From assembly GCF_001465295.1 (NCBI RefSeq), contig NZ_CP011034.1:810001-842000 (forward strand): 32,000 bases of DNA. The letters are read 5' to 3'. The notes beneath the pieces were generated by a model, which worked only from the letters and a program-made list of their open reading frames with translations, was not told the DNA's origin and made no database searches. How positions within the stretch are numbered: position 1 is the stretch's first letter; each line of letters begins with the position of its first letter. Shown in pieces: positions 1 to 13,215 of the stretch. The translations under genes and the position numbers were made by a program. The DNA comes from Pseudoalteromonas translucida KMM 520. GTDB lineage: Bacteria; Pseudomonadota; Gammaproteobacteria; Enterobacterales; Alteromonadaceae.

Positions 1-498
1 GACGAGCCGGTAATACGCTTTAAAACCCCAACAAAAGTAACCGGCGATAATAACGGTATTGTGGTTGACGGCGTAGGCAGCTTAATGAGTCATGTTGCTA
101 AATGTTGTCGTCCGGTTCCGGGGGATGAAATTATTGGCTATATAACGCAAGGGCGCGGTATTGGTGTACATCGTGATGATTGCGACTCGTTTAATAATTT
201 AAAAACTCAGCACCCAGAGCGAGTTATTTCAGTAAGCTGGTCAGACGATATTCATAACTCCTATGCGCTAAGTATTAGAATAGAAGCCAGCGACCGCTCA
301 GGTTTAATTCGCGACATAAGTGTAGTGTTAGCCAACGAAAAAGTGAATGTGCTAAATATGAATGTAAATACCGTTGATGATAATCAAATTGCTATATTTA
401 CCATGCAAATAGAGGTACACGATCTGTCGGGTACTAATAGAGTGCTTTCTAAGTTACACCAAATTGAAGGTGTACACAGTGCAAAGCGAGGGCAATAA
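1..498 (+). CDS. relA: GTP pyrophosphokinase RelA, C-terminal part (5' end outside window)
   Basis: Frame 1 is open from base 1. VVDGVGSLMSHVAKCCRPVPGDEIIGYITQGRGIGVHRDDC and the ACT-like tail (RIEASDRSGLIRDISVVLANEKVNVL) match the E. coli RelA C-terminus as I remember it. It is followed by mazG, as in enterobacteria. Confidence 0.9.
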   Translation, partial: DEPVIRFKTPTKVTGDNNGIVVDGVGSLMSHVAKCCRPVPGDEIIGYITQGRGIGVHRDDCDSFNNLKTQHPERVISVSWSDDIHNSYALSIRIEASDRSGLIRDISVVLANEKVNVLNMNVNTVDDNQIAIFTMQIEVHDLSGTNRVLSKLHQIEGVHSAKRGQ

Positions 499-500
499 AT

Positions 501-1298
501 ATGACAGATAACGCAGCGCTTGCGCAACTACTAAATATAATGAAAACGCTAAGAGATCCTGAGATTGGTTGCCCCTGGGATCGTAAGCAAACCTTTAGCT
601 CAATAGTGCCACACACTATTGAGGAAGCGTTTGAAGTGGCAGATTGCATTGAATCGGGCAATTTAGGTGAGCTTAAAAATGAACTTGGCGATTTACTCTT
701 TCAAATTGTGTTTTATGCTCAACTTGCTAATGAGCAAAAGTTATTTGATTTTAACGATATAGTGGCACAATTAAACGCTAAACTTACGCGCCGTCATCCT
801 CATGTGTTCGACCAGCAAACAGCGCTAAGTGATGATGAGCTTGCTACGCAGTGGCAAGCAATTAAGGCACAAGAGCGCAGCGCCAAAAGCGCAGATGCTA
901 CGCCTTCGCTGTGGCAAGATATTCCCGTTAATATGCCAAGCTTAAGTAAAGCTAAAAAAATTCAGCAGCGGGTGGCAGCGCTTGGTTTTGATTGGCCAAG
1001 TTACCATGGTGCATTGGATAAAGTGAGCGAAGAGGTAGACGAAGTAAAAGAAGCACTCGCTCACAATCCGTATTCAGATCACAGCGCAGAAGAGCTGGGC
1101 GATTTACTGTTTGCTACAGTAAACGTTGCGCGCCATATAAAGCGCGACCCAGAGCAATTACTGCGCAGCGCCAGCGACAAGTTTTCAACCCGCTTTGAAA
1201 AAGTACAAGCTTATTTAAATGCCCAAGGTAAATGTTTAGAGTCGGCCACGCTTGATGAGATGGATGCAGCATGGGATGAGATCAAAAAAGTCAAATAG
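501..1298 (+). CDS. mazG: Nucleoside triphosphate pyrophosphohydrolase MazG
   Basis: 265 aa with two MazG repeats (EEAFEVADCIE...ELGDLLFQIVFYA and EEVDEVKEAL...ELGDLLFATVNVA). It sits in the conserved position directly after relA. Confidence 0.9.
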   Translation: MTDNAALAQLLNIMKTLRDPEIGCPWDRKQTFSSIVPHTIEEAFEVADCIESGNLGELKNELGDLLFQIVFYAQLANEQKLFDFNDIVAQLNAKLTRRHPHVFDQQTALSDDELATQWQAIKAQERSAKSADATPSLWQDIPVNMPSLSKAKKIQQRVAALGFDWPSYHGALDKVSEEVDEVKEALAHNPYSDHSAEELGDLLFATVNVARHIKRDPEQLLRSASDKFSTRFEKVQAYLNAQGKCLESATLDEMDAAWDEIKKVK

Positions 1299-1443
1299 TG
1301 TGTAGTAAAATTATGGCTGTTTTTTGTGCTTACAATTTCTAATTTTAGCTGGATTGATTGGCTATGCTTTGGTACAATTTCTCCCCGTCCTGTTTATATT
1401 CCAAAATCACTTGTTTGGGTATTATATTCCTTTTAATTCCTGA

Positions 1444-3093
<1,650 letters not shown>

Positions 3094-3102
3094 TATTAAT
3101 AG

Positions 3103-3132
3103 GCCGTGCATATTGCACGGCTTATTTGTTTT
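3103..3132 (+). terminator. Rho-independent terminator after pyrG
   Basis: GCCGTGCA / TGCACGGC stem (3103-3110 / 3114-3121) followed by TTATTTGTTTT. Confidence 0.7.
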
Positions 3133-3160
3133 AAATGCCAACCAAATTAGTTTAAATTAA

Positions 3161-4501
<1,341 letters not shown>

Positions 4502-4532
4502 TTCTTTAATTAGAATATGATGTTAAGCTTAT

Positions 4533-4561
4533 AAATCCTCACTTTGGTGGGGATTTTTTTT
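4533..4561 (+). terminator. Rho-independent terminator after eno
   Basis: 10-bp stem AAATCCTCAC / GTGGGGATTT (one G-U pair), loop TTTG, followed by a T-run. Confidence 0.75.
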
Positions 4562-4786
4562 GCCTGAATAAAAATAGGGAAAGGCAGCTGAAGCAGCTGA
4601 TAAAGATAGTTGTAGGCGCAGAGCTTGCTCGCGCGCGCACGAAGTGCGAAAAGTTATTTACCACAGAGTTTAAGCGTTTTTAGAGTTGTAATTAAAATTT
4701 AAAAATCAAACGAAATAACTAAGCTCGGTAGTGAAATAGTGGTTACTTAGTTTATTCGCAGATCATTAGCTAATCGCTTTAGAAAA

Positions 4787-5458
4787 TTAAAGTTGAAACT
4801 GCTGTTTTAAAATTTCGCCAGTAAAGCTGGTTTTTAAATAAAAGCCACGGGGCAGGGTTTTAATAATTTTACCATTAGGGCCAATAGCATCGGTTACTAT
4901 TTTACTGTGCGCGGCTTTAGGGCGAATTTGAATTGCGTCACCTAAATGCCCCGATATTTCATCAATACGCCCTAGGGCAATAAGCTCCATTTGTTCTTCC
5001 CAATCGCGTTGCAGTAAGGCGTCTTGCTCAGGCGTAGGTTGCCATAAAAAGCCGCTGCCTATGGTTCTATCAAACGGGGCTATGTCGCGCTCACTTAGTA
5101 TAGGCAACCAAAGTACATGGTTAAGTTTTTTACGTACGCTGCTTGCGTGCCAGGTCATGCCAGTAACGTTAATGAGTGGGGTTACCGACACAAAGGTGGT
5201 TTCTAGCGGCTTGCCTTTATAAGAAATTGGCAGTGTTTTTAGTTCTATGCCTAAATCTTCAAAATCGGGCAGTGGTTTTGAGCCAGCAGTTGCGCCTAAT
5301 ACATATTCAATTAATTGCCCCGTCCAGCCTTTTTCACGGAGTAAATCATCAGGCGTTTTAAAGTTATATTCATTGGCTAATTGGCCAAGGGTAAGCCCGG
5401 CAATATTATTAACACGCTGCATTAAGTCATTAATTGAATGTGGTTTTATAGGTCGCAT
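4787..5458 (-). CDS. mutH: DNA mismatch repair endonuclease MutH
   Basis: 223 aa of the right length. LTLGQLA...KGWTGQLIEYVLGATAGSKPLPDFEDLGIELKTLPI resembles the MutH/Sau3AI-like catalytic core. It is divergent from rppH, as in E. coli. Confidence 0.88.
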   Translation of the reverse strand: MRPIKPHSINDLMQRVNNIAGLTLGQLANEYNFKTPDDLLREKGWTGQLIEYVLGATAGSKPLPDFEDLGIELKTLPISYKGKPLETTFVSVTPLINVTGMTWHASSVRKKLNHVLWLPILSERDIAPFDRTIGSGFLWQPTPEQDALLQRDWEEQMELIALGRIDEISGHLGDAIQIRPKAAHSKIVTDAIGPNGKIIKTLPRGFYLKTSFTGEILKQQFQL

Positions 5459-5884
5459 ACTGTTTATTTAAGTTGAATAAATACCATCGCCATGATAGCA
5501 AATCAGTTCAGCCGTGGATATCTTTGCCTTTGGGTGTTTTTTGTGCACCTTGGGGTTGGTGCAATTTTGCACACATTAATAAACAGTTAAATAAATATAA
5601 CTCCATGAATTATAATGTAATTTAAAAATAAACTGTTCAGTTTTTATTAAGTGACACTAAGGTTGTTTGAATGAGTACACATATATAAACATGTTTATCC
5701 ACAGAATCTGTGGAGAAAGCCAGTTTTTCGATCTTACATTGTGGATTTGTTTGCTAAATGAGCGTGTTTTACAAAAGTTATGCACAAGCTGTGAGTAACC
5801 ACAGTAAATATTCCAATATTGTTTGCCGTAAAGCAGGTAATGTGGAACAATCATTAAAAATCGACTTACAAATGAGGCACTAAG

Positions 5885-6403
5885 GTGATTGATGCCGAAG
5901 GTTTTCGTGCCAATGTCGGAATTGTAATTTGCAATAACCAAGGACAAGTGTTTTGGGCTAGACGTTATGGTCAACATTCTTGGCAATTTCCTCAAGGCGG
6001 TGTTGACGATGGTGAAACGCCAGAGCAAACCATGTACCGCGAATTACACGAAGAAGTAGGCTTGCGACCAGAAGATGTAGAGATAGTTGCAAGTTCTAAA
6101 CATTGGTTACGCTATAAGTTACCCAAACGATTAATACGCCGAGACTCAAGTCCGGTATGTATTGGGCAAAAACAAAAATGGTTTTTACTAAAACTACGCT
6201 GTAAAGATGAGGATGTAAATTTACTTAAAACCCACCATCCTGAATTTGATGATTGGCGCTGGGTAAGTTATTGGTATCCGGTAAGGCAGGTGGTGTCGTT
6301 TAAACGCGATGTTTATCGGCGTGTAATGAAAGAGTTTGCTCCTTTTGCTATGCCTTTTAACAAACGCGAACAGCAAAAAGATCATTGGCGAAATAAAAGG
6401 TAG
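5885..6403 (+). CDS. rppH: RNA pyrophosphohydrolase RppH (NudH)
   Basis: GTG start with GAGG 7 nt upstream. It is near-collinear with E. coli RppH as recalled ([12 protein letters not shown]...HSWQFPQGG..., Nudix box, [28 protein letters not shown]). Confidence 0.92.
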   Translation: MIDAEGFRANVGIVICNNQGQVFWARRYGQHSWQFPQGGVDDGETPEQTMYRELHEEVGLRPEDVEIVASSKHWLRYKLPKRLIRRDSSPVCIGQKQKWFLLKLRCKDEDVNLLKTHHPEFDDWRWVSYWYPVRQVVSFKRDVYRRVMKEFAPFAMPFNKREQQKDHWRNKR

Positions 6404-6422
6404 TAAATTAAAGGAGCAGGAC

Positions 6423-8687
6423 ATGCTGGCAACACTTAGGTCTATTGCAGAGTCGGTTTCGCAACAAGCGAATTTAGACAGTGCTTTAGCGTGCTTTGTG
6501 ACAATGGTTAAAGAAGCCATGCAAACCCAGTGCTGCTCTATTTATTTTGCTGACTACAGCCAAGATAACTTTGTACTTATGGCCACCGAAGGATTAAACC
6601 CCGATGCGGTGGGTAAGTTTAGAATTGGCTTTACCGAAGGCCTAGTAGGGCTGGTGGCACAGCGCGAGGAGGCAATTAATATTGCCTTTGCCAAATCTCA
6701 TCCTCGCTTTAAGCTTTCCCCAGAAGTTAACGAAGAAGGCTATAACGCATTTTTGTCTGTGCCTGTGGTGCATCAAAAAAAAGTACTGGGCGTTATTGTA
6801 GTACAACAAAAAATGGCGCGCGTATTTAGCCAAGATGAAGAATCATTTTTAATTACTTTGTCGGCGCAACTTGCCTCACAATTAGCGCATGCTGAAATAA
6901 AAGAAGTATTGCGTCAAGATGAGTCCTCTCATCAAACCTCGGTATTAAAAGGGGTGTCGAGTGCTCCGGGTATTAGTATTGGCCATGCATTTGTAGTTAT
7001 TCCTAAAGTTAACTTTAAATCAATTGAGCTGGAAAAAGAAAGTGATGTAAATGAGCAACGACGCTTATTTACCCAAGCAGTGGCGGCAACCCGAAAAGAA
7101 TTTAATACACTATCAATGACACTAAGCGACTCTATTCCGCATGAGGCTTTGGCTGTTTTTGATGTTTATCAGCAATTACTCGATGCTAAAAGCTTAGGCC
7201 ATAACGTTGAGATGGAGTTGCAACAAGGATGGTGTGCAAAAAGCGCCTTAAAAATAGTAATTGAGCGTTTAATCGCTCAGTTTAATGCCATGCAAGACCC
7301 ATACATAAAAGAGCGCGCGGTTGATGTTAAAGACATTGGCCTGCGAGTGTTGCACCACCTTGTTAATACCGAATTCGCAATCAAAGATTATCCACCCAAT
7401 ACCATACTTATAGCGCATACACTTACTCCTGCCATGCTGGCTGAGGTGCCTAACGATCGTTTAGTGGGTGTGGTGAGCATAAATGGCTCGGCAAATAGTC
7501 ATGCGTCAATACTAACCCGTGCTATGGGCGTGCCTGCTATTTGGGGCATCGAAGATATTCCATTACTGCAATTAAATAGTAAGCCAATGATTTTGGATGC
7601 GTTTTCGGGGCGGTTATATATTTCCCCATCGCAAATGCTAATTGATGAATACACCGAATTACAGCACCAAGACAACTTACTTAATAATCGTTTTTTAGCC
7701 GAGCAAAACTTTACAGCGGTTACCCTTGATGGTGAGCACATAAGTTTACTACTCAATGCGGGATTAGAGTTAAACACGCAGCAAAATAGCGCCCATATTT
7801 GTGATGGCGTTGGCTTGTACCGCACCGAAGCTTGGTTTATGCAAAAAGGGCAGTTTCCATCGCAATCTGAGCAAGAAACCTGGTACCGAGAAGTACTTAA
7901 CAGTTATTACCCTAACCCGGTAGTAATGCGAACGTTAGATATTGGTGGCGATAAAGTTCTCGATTATTTTAATATTACCGAAGAAAACCCCTTTTTAGGT
8001 TGGCGCGGTATTCGTATTAGTTTAGATCACCCTGAGCTATTTTTAGATCAGCTCAAAGCCATGCTAAAAGCAAATATAGGCTTAGGTAATTTAAAAATAA
8101 TGCTGCCGATGATCAGTGGTACAGAAGAAGTAGACGAATCATTAGCACTTTTTGAGCAAGCGTATTTTGAGCTTAACGAGCAATACCCAGAGCAAACAAT
8201 TGAACGACCCGATATAGGTATTATGCTTGAAGTACCGTCGAGTGTATTTATGCTGGCAGACTGGTCTAAAAAAGTCGATTTTTGCTCTGTAGGCAGTAAC
8301 GATTTAACGCAATACCTGCTCGCTGTAGACAGATCAAACGCCCGGGTTGCAGAACTGTTTAACCCGTATCATCCTGCAGTGCTCAGAGTATTAAATAAAG
8401 TGGCTCGTGAGTGCCAGCAGTACGAGCTACCGTTTAGTTTATGCGGCGAGCTTGGCGGCGATCCTGAAGGCGCAATATTACTTATTGCCATGGGGTATCG
8501 TCGTTTAAGTATGAACTTGTCATCACTAAATAAAGTTAAATGGGTGCTTAGGCGCTTACATGTCAGCGAAATGGAAGCATTACTTAAAGAGTGCTTAGCG
8601 CAATCGTCGGCTAAGCAAGTATTGCGTTTAACTCGCAGCTTTATGATAGAGCATGAGCTGGGTAACTTATTTTATACCCCCAAATAA
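6423..8687 (+). CDS. ptsP: Phosphoenolpyruvate-protein phosphotransferase PtsP (EI-Ntr, GAF + EI domains)
   Basis: The track ORF begins at 6336 inside rppH. The ATG at 6423 is preceded by AGGAG and gives 754 aa (E. coli PtsP is about 748 aa). An N-terminal GAF-like region is followed by EI motifs (GSANSHASILTRAMGVPA, GLYRTE, SVGSNDLTQY). Confidence 0.9.
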   Translation: MLATLRSIAESVSQQANLDSALACFVTMVKEAMQTQCCSIYFADYSQDNFVLMATEGLNPDAVGKFRIGFTEGLVGLVAQREEAINIAFAKSHPRFKLSPEVNEEGYNAFLSVPVVHQKKVLGVIVVQQKMARVFSQDEESFLITLSAQLASQLAHAEIKEVLRQDESSHQTSVLKGVSSAPGISIGHAFVVIPKVNFKSIELEKESDVNEQRRLFTQAVAATRKEFNTLSMTLSDSIPHEALAVFDVYQQLLDAKSLGHNVEMELQQGWCAKSALKIVIERLIAQFNAMQDPYIKERAVDVKDIGLRVLHHLVNTEFAIKDYPPNTILIAHTLTPAMLAEVPNDRLVGVVSINGSANSHASILTRAMGVPAIWGIEDIPLLQLNSKPMILDAFSGRLYISPSQMLIDEYTELQHQDNLLNNRFLAEQNFTAVTLDGEHISLLLNAGLELNTQQNSAHICDGVGLYRTEAWFMQKGQFPSQSEQETWYREVLNSYYPNPVVMRTLDIGGDKVLDYFNITEENPFLGWRGIRISLDHPELFLDQLKAMLKANIGLGNLKIMLPMISGTEEVDESLALFEQAYFELNEQYPEQTIERPDIGIMLEVPSSVFMLADWSKKVDFCSVGSNDLTQYLLAVDRSNARVAELFNPYHPAVLRVLNKVARECQQYELPFSLCGELGGDPEGAILLIAMGYRRLSMNLSSLNKVKWVLRRLHVSEMEALLKECLAQSSAKQVLRLTRSFMIEHELGNLFYTPK

Positions 8688-8754
8688 ATTCTCGTGTTAA
8701 CTGTAATCAGAATCCATTAAGATACGCGCATAATAAAAGGTATATGGGATAACT

Positions 8755-9564
8755 ATGTATGATCTAGGATTATTGGTTGCAAGTTGCGCGCTACTAGGCT
8801 GTGTTGTCGGATTTTTAGCCGGGTTACTCGGAATTGGTGGCGGCTTAATTATTGTGCCCGTATTAAGTGCCTTATTACTCGCTTTTAATGTAACGGCTGC
8901 TGAAAATGTATTAGTTATTGCCATTGCAACATCGCTTGCCTCTATTTTGTTTACCTCTACATCTTCAGCGCTGGCTCATCATAAAAATGATAACGTGCCT
9001 TGGGTTATTGCACCTTGGGTTATGTCGGGCGTGGCCGTTGGCGCGCTAATTAGTGGCTTTGCTGCAAGCTTAATACCCGAGCAAATATTACGCACGGTAT
9101 TTGCTGTAAGCGTGGTATTTATTGCTTTAAGAATGGTGTTATCAGCTCGTAATAAACCTTTGTCAGAAAAACCTTTACCGTCGGGTCCTATTCTAGGCAG
9201 CTTATGTGCCATTATGGGGGCACTATCTGGGTTAATAGGTATAGGCGGTGGCGCATTAATTGTGCCTTTACTGCATTATTTTTCGGTTGATATTAAAAAG
9301 GCCATAGGCTGCGCTGCAGCATGCGGAATTGTTATCGCCTTTTTTGGCTCTATTGGTTATATCAGTGCCGGATGGCAGGTTACCGATTTAGAACACGGCT
9401 TTGCAGGGTTTGTATATTTACCTGCATTATTTGGGATTGTAATTACCTCGTGGTTTATAGCGCCTATTGGTGCTAAAGCAACCCACTATTTACCGGTTAA
9501 TACAATAAAGAAAGTTTTCGCGGTGTTACTTGTTATCATCGCAATTAAAATGGTTTTTAGCTAA
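8755..9564 (+). CDS. TSUP (TauE/SafE, YfcA-like) family inner-membrane permease
   Basis: 269 aa and highly hydrophobic, with two LLGIGGG / LIGIGGGALIVPLL repeats typical of TSUP transporters. Confidence 0.8.
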   Translation: MYDLGLLVASCALLGCVVGFLAGLLGIGGGLIIVPVLSALLLAFNVTAAENVLVIAIATSLASILFTSTSSALAHHKNDNVPWVIAPWVMSGVAVGALISGFAASLIPEQILRTVFAVSVVFIALRMVLSARNKPLSEKPLPSGPILGSLCAIMGALSGLIGIGGGALIVPLLHYFSVDIKKAIGCAAACGIVIAFFGSIGYISAGWQVTDLEHGFAGFVYLPALFGIVITSWFIAPIGAKATHYLPVNTIKKVFAVLLVIIAIKMVFS

Positions 9565-9576
9565 AGGTTTATTTTT

Positions 9577-10380
9577 ATGGCACTGGAATTTCCTGTAATC
9601 GATCCGATCATATTTTCTGTCGGGCCACTAAGCGTACGTTGGTACGGATTAATGTATTTAATAGGTTTTGCATTTGCAATGTGGTTTGCAAATCGCCAAG
9701 CGGCAAAACCAAATTCAGGTTGGACTAAAGACCAAGTAGGCGATTTCCTATTTTACGGCATGCTAGGAGTAATTCTTGGTGGGCGTATTGGTTATGTATT
9801 ATTTTATCAATTTAGCTATTTTATAGAAAACCCCCTATATTTGTTCAGGATAGATCAAGGTGGAATGTCGTTTCATGGTGGCACTTTAGGTGTGATCACC
9901 GCAGTTGTTATTTTTGCTTGGACACGTAAAAAGTCAATACTGCAAGTAGGCGACTTTGTTGCACCGCTTGTACCGGTAGGTTTATTAGCGGGACGTATAG
10001 GTAACTTTATAAATGGTGAGCTTTGGGGTCGAGTAAGCGATGTACCATGGGCTATGGTATTTCCAACCGGCGGGCCGTTAGCACGCCATCCATCGCAGCT
10101 ATACGAAGCATTTTTTGAAGGCTTAGTATTATTTTTAATTTTACAGTGGTTTATTAAAAAGCCTCGCCCTGCTGGGAGTGTAGCGGGTGTGTTTTTACTA
10201 GGTTACGGCATATTTAGATTTTGCATTGAGTACTTTCGCCAACCAGATGCACAGCTGGGTTTATTTGCCGATTTTATCTCGATGGGGCAAATACTCTCGC
10301 TGCCTATGATAGTAGGCGGGTTAGGCTTATTAATTTGGGCTTATAAGCAAGCACCACAAAAAACAGCGGTAAAGGGTTAG
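9577..10380 (+). CDS. lgt: Prolipoprotein diacylglyceryl transferase
   Basis: 267 aa. [34 protein letters not shown] and [16 protein letters not shown] are Lgt signatures. lgt-thyA adjacency matches E. coli. Confidence 0.93.
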   Translation: MALEFPVIDPIIFSVGPLSVRWYGLMYLIGFAFAMWFANRQAAKPNSGWTKDQVGDFLFYGMLGVILGGRIGYVLFYQFSYFIENPLYLFRIDQGGMSFHGGTLGVITAVVIFAWTRKKSILQVGDFVAPLVPVGLLAGRIGNFINGELWGRVSDVPWAMVFPTGGPLARHPSQLYEAFFEGLVLFLILQWFIKKPRPAGSVAGVFLLGYGIFRFCIEYFRQPDAQLGLFADFISMGQILSLPMIVGGLGLLIWAYKQAPQKTAVKG

Positions 10381-10390
10381 AATAAATACC

Positions 10391-11242
10391 ATGAAACAAT
10401 ATTTACAATTATGTCAGCGTATTGTTGATGAAGGCCAGTGGGTAGAAAACAAACGTACAGGCACACGCTGTTTAACCGTGATCAACGCCGATTTAGAATA
10501 CGATGTGGCGAATAATCAGTTTCCGATGATCACTACGCGTAAAAGCTATTACAAAGCAGCTATTGCTGAATTGCTCGGTTACTTGCGTGGTTACGATAGC
10601 GCTGCACAGTTTCGCGAAATAGGCTGTAAAACCTGGGATGCAAATGCAAACGAAAATAGCGCTTGGCTTAATAATCCGCACCGTAAAGGTGAGGACGATA
10701 TGGGCCGTGTTTATGGCGTACAAGGGCGTGCTTGGCAGCGCCCAGATGGCTCAACGCTAGACCAGCTAGCAAAAGTAATTAATAACTTAAAAAATGGTAT
10801 AGACGATCGCGGTGAAATAATTAGTTTTTACAACCCAGGCGAATTTGAGCTTGGCTGTTTACGCCCGTGTATGCACACGCACACGTTTTCATTATTAGGT
10901 GACACACTTTATTTAACGTCAATTCAGCGTAGCTGCGACGTACCGCTAGGGCTTAATTTTAATCAAATTCAGTGTTTTGTATTACTGGCATTAGTGGCGC
11001 AAATTACTGGGCATAAAGCGGGTAAGGCGTATCATAAAATAACCAACGCGCATATTTATGAAAACCAGCTTGAGCTAATGCGCGATGTGCAGTTGAAACG
11101 CGAGCCGTTTGCATCGCCGCAGTTAAAAATTAATCCAAACATTAAATCACTAAACGATATAGAAACCTGGGTAACACGCGATGACTTTGAAGTGACAGGT
11201 TATGAGTGTCACGAAGCCATTCAATACCCATTTTCGGTATAA
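10391..11242 (+). CDS. thyA: Thymidylate synthase
   Basis: 283 aa. [15 protein letters not shown]...RTGT, an active-site-like CMHTHTF region and [12 protein letters not shown] resemble ThyA. Confidence 0.93.
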   Translation: MKQYLQLCQRIVDEGQWVENKRTGTRCLTVINADLEYDVANNQFPMITTRKSYYKAAIAELLGYLRGYDSAAQFREIGCKTWDANANENSAWLNNPHRKGEDDMGRVYGVQGRAWQRPDGSTLDQLAKVINNLKNGIDDRGEIISFYNPGEFELGCLRPCMHTHTFSLLGDTLYLTSIQRSCDVPLGLNFNQIQCFVLLALVAQITGHKAGKAYHKITNAHIYENQLELMRDVQLKREPFASPQLKINPNIKSLNDIETWVTRDDFEVTGYECHEAIQYPFSV

Positions 11243-11265
11243 CAAAACAGATTAAGGAAAACACC

Positions 11266-12144
11266 ATGAAAGCAGTGATCCCCGTAGCGGGCCTCGGAAC
11301 TCGCATGTTACCAGCCACCAAAGCAATTCCAAAAGAAATGCTACCGGTTGTTGACCGTCCACTAATTCAATACGTAGTTAACGAAGCCGTTGCTGCAGGT
11401 ATTAAAGAAATAGTACTGGTAACGCATTCAAGTAAAAACTCAATAGAAAACCACTTCGACACTAGTTTTGAGCTTGAAGCCACACTAGAAAAACGAGTAA
11501 AACGACAGCTACTTGCCGAAATACAGTCTATTTGTCCTAAAGATGTAACTATTATTCAAGTACGCCAAGGCGAAGCCAAAGGCCTAGGGCATGCAATTAA
11601 CTGTGCAGCGCCAATTATAGGTAACGAACCATTTGTGGTTATTTTACCCGATGTAATAATTGATGATATGGAAAGCGATCTTAGTAAAGATAACTTAGCC
11701 GAAATGATCAGCCGCTTTGAGCAAACTCAACATAGCCAAATAATGGTAGAGCCAGTACCAATGGCTGAAGTTGATCAATTTGGTGTTGTTGACTTGGGCA
11801 GTGTTGAGCTAAAACAAGGCGAAAGCTCGCCAATTCATAACATGGTAGAAAAGCCACCAGTTAACGAAGCACCATCAAACCTTGCTGTAGTAGGGCGCTA
11901 TGTATTAAGTAAAAATATTTGGCCATTACTCGCTAAAACACCGCAAGGTGCTGGTAACGAAATTCAGCTTACAGACGCTATTGCCATGCTAATGCAGCAC
12001 GAAACTGTTGATGCATACGCAATTAAAGGGCGTAGCCACGACTGTGGTAGTAAAATTGGTTATCTTAAAGCAACTATTGAGTTTGCACTACGTCGTGAAG
12101 AATTTGCTGACGAGTTAAAAACGTTTATTAAAACATTAATTTAA
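11266..12144 (+). CDS. galU: UTP-glucose-1-phosphate uridylyltransferase
   Basis: The track ORF (11206) overlaps the thyA end. The ATG at 11266 follows AAGGAAA and yields [28 protein letters not shown], the canonical GalU N-terminus. Confidence 0.93.
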   Translation: MKAVIPVAGLGTRMLPATKAIPKEMLPVVDRPLIQYVVNEAVAAGIKEIVLVTHSSKNSIENHFDTSFELEATLEKRVKRQLLAEIQSICPKDVTIIQVRQGEAKGLGHAINCAAPIIGNEPFVVILPDVIIDDMESDLSKDNLAEMISRFEQTQHSQIMVEPVPMAEVDQFGVVDLGSVELKQGESSPIHNMVEKPPVNEAPSNLAVVGRYVLSKNIWPLLAKTPQGAGNEIQLTDAIAMLMQHETVDAYAIKGRSHDCGSKIGYLKATIEFALRREEFADELKTFIKTLI

Positions 12145-12170
12145 CATTCCTGCTTTTTATAAAAGTAACT

Positions 12171-12201
12171 AAAAGACGCCTATATGGCGTCTTTTTTGTT
12201 T
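12171..12201 (+). terminator. Rho-independent terminator after galU
   Basis: AAGACGCC / GGCGTCTT stem (12173-12180 / 12186-12193), loop TATAT, then TTTTGTTTT. Confidence 0.8.
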
Positions 12202-12301
12202 TATAGTCGTTAATATCGTTGTATTTGGCGATAAAAAAATTATAACTGCAGACACGCTGTAAATTATGATGTAATGTTTGTGTTAACTATTGTTTAATTT
12301 A

Positions 12302-12330
12302 TTGACTGCTAAGCTAAAAAGCACATTAAT
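12302..12330 (+). promoter_or_regulatory. Candidate sigma70-type promoter upstream of the envelope locus
   Basis: TTGACT (12302-12307), a 17-nt spacer, then ATTAAT (12325-12330), within an AT-rich 260-bp intergenic region. Confidence 0.35.
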
Positions 12331-12463
12331 TGCTTCAGTAATTATTGGTATAAAATAAACTAGGTAATATATCCAAGCACAATTAATAAAGTTAAACGCT
12401 TACTTATAAGAATGTTTAACTGAAATGTAAGTGTACTTACACTACTTTCAGGGCCGCGAATGC

Positions 12464-13141
12464 ATGTTTAAATATAAAAAAAATAATACTTTAATATTGA
12501 GTTTGCTTATACTCTTGTTTAGTACTGCTTGTGCAACTGCGCCCAACAAAACGGTATTAGTAGAGCCAATAAACGACTCGCCTGAATATGTGTCTATTAC
12601 TGCATTAGAGCTGGCGCAACTAAAAGATGCCGCAATGCAATGGCAGCAAGCCCGCTCTGGGATTGAACGACTTTTAAAGCTAGAAAAAGATATTACCTAT
12701 TTGGTAAACCATATAGATATTATAAATAGCAAAGCAATTGCGCAGTCTAGTCAAAAAGCTCGCAATCATTATAATCGCCCCACGCGCAAACAACGCTACT
12801 CGAGCACTGCTCAGCAAGCAATTAAACCAGCTTATAGTACAAAACCAACGGTAAAATTAAATACTCCAAAGCAAGTTTTTGCATTACAAGTTGCGTCGCT
12901 CGATTCCGAAAAAGACTTAGTTAAAGCATGGCAAGAACTCAATGAGCAAGCCGCGCCGTTATTTAGAGATAAAATTCGCACCAATGTTGAAACAGCAAAT
13001 GTTAATAATAAAACCTACTATCGATTAAAGTTAGGCGTGTATCAAAACTTTAAAAATGCCCAAGCCGATTGCGACGTGTTTAAACTTTATAAACTCGACT
13101 GCATAGTAAGTAACTACACAGATAAACCGGTAAAGCTGTAG
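12464..13141 (+). CDS. Lipoprotein with SPOR-like C-terminal domain (paralog A)
   Basis: The ATG at 12464 gives MFKYKKNNTLILSLLILLFSTAC, a signal peptide with a lipobox (the track GTG at 12431 is less likely). The C-terminus FALQVASLDSEKDL...NNKTYYRLKLGVYQNFKNAQADCDVFKLYKLDCIV fits a SPOR-type beta-alpha-beta-beta repeat pattern. It is clearly paralogous to 18884-19546. Confidence 0.6.
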   Translation: MFKYKKNNTLILSLLILLFSTACATAPNKTVLVEPINDSPEYVSITALELAQLKDAAMQWQQARSGIERLLKLEKDITYLVNHIDIINSKAIAQSSQKARNHYNRPTRKQRYSSTAQQAIKPAYSTKPTVKLNTPKQVFALQVASLDSEKDLVKAWQELNEQAAPLFRDKIRTNVETANVNNKTYYRLKLGVYQNFKNAQADCDVFKLYKLDCIVSNYTDKPVKL

Positions 13142-13215
13142 TTATAATTTTATTTAATTTTGTGGTATATTTTTTGCTTTATAGTTTGTAAGTAAATTAA
13201 TATGGCTGAATAAAA

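Noticed and set aside
4714-4755. A possible mutH terminator: AATAACTAAG / CTTAGTTTATT inverted repeat with a 21-nt loop.
   Set aside because: The stem is AT-rich and imperfect, the loop is large, and the T-tract is displaced. This is too weak to call.
5657-6028. A 123-aa minus-strand ORF spanning the mutH-rppH spacer and the 5' end of rppH.
   Set aside because: It overlaps the strongly supported rppH start and has an odd composition with no signal or family motifs. It is most likely a chance ORF in AT-rich DNA.
6336-6422. An N-terminal extension of ptsP overlapping the end of rppH. Similarly, the 11206-11265 extension of galU overlaps thyA, and the 25381-25413 extension precedes the Prx-Grx gene.
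   Set aside because: In each case an internal ATG has a good Shine-Dalgarno sequence and reproduces the canonical N-terminus and length of the family. The extensions carry no family-like sequence.
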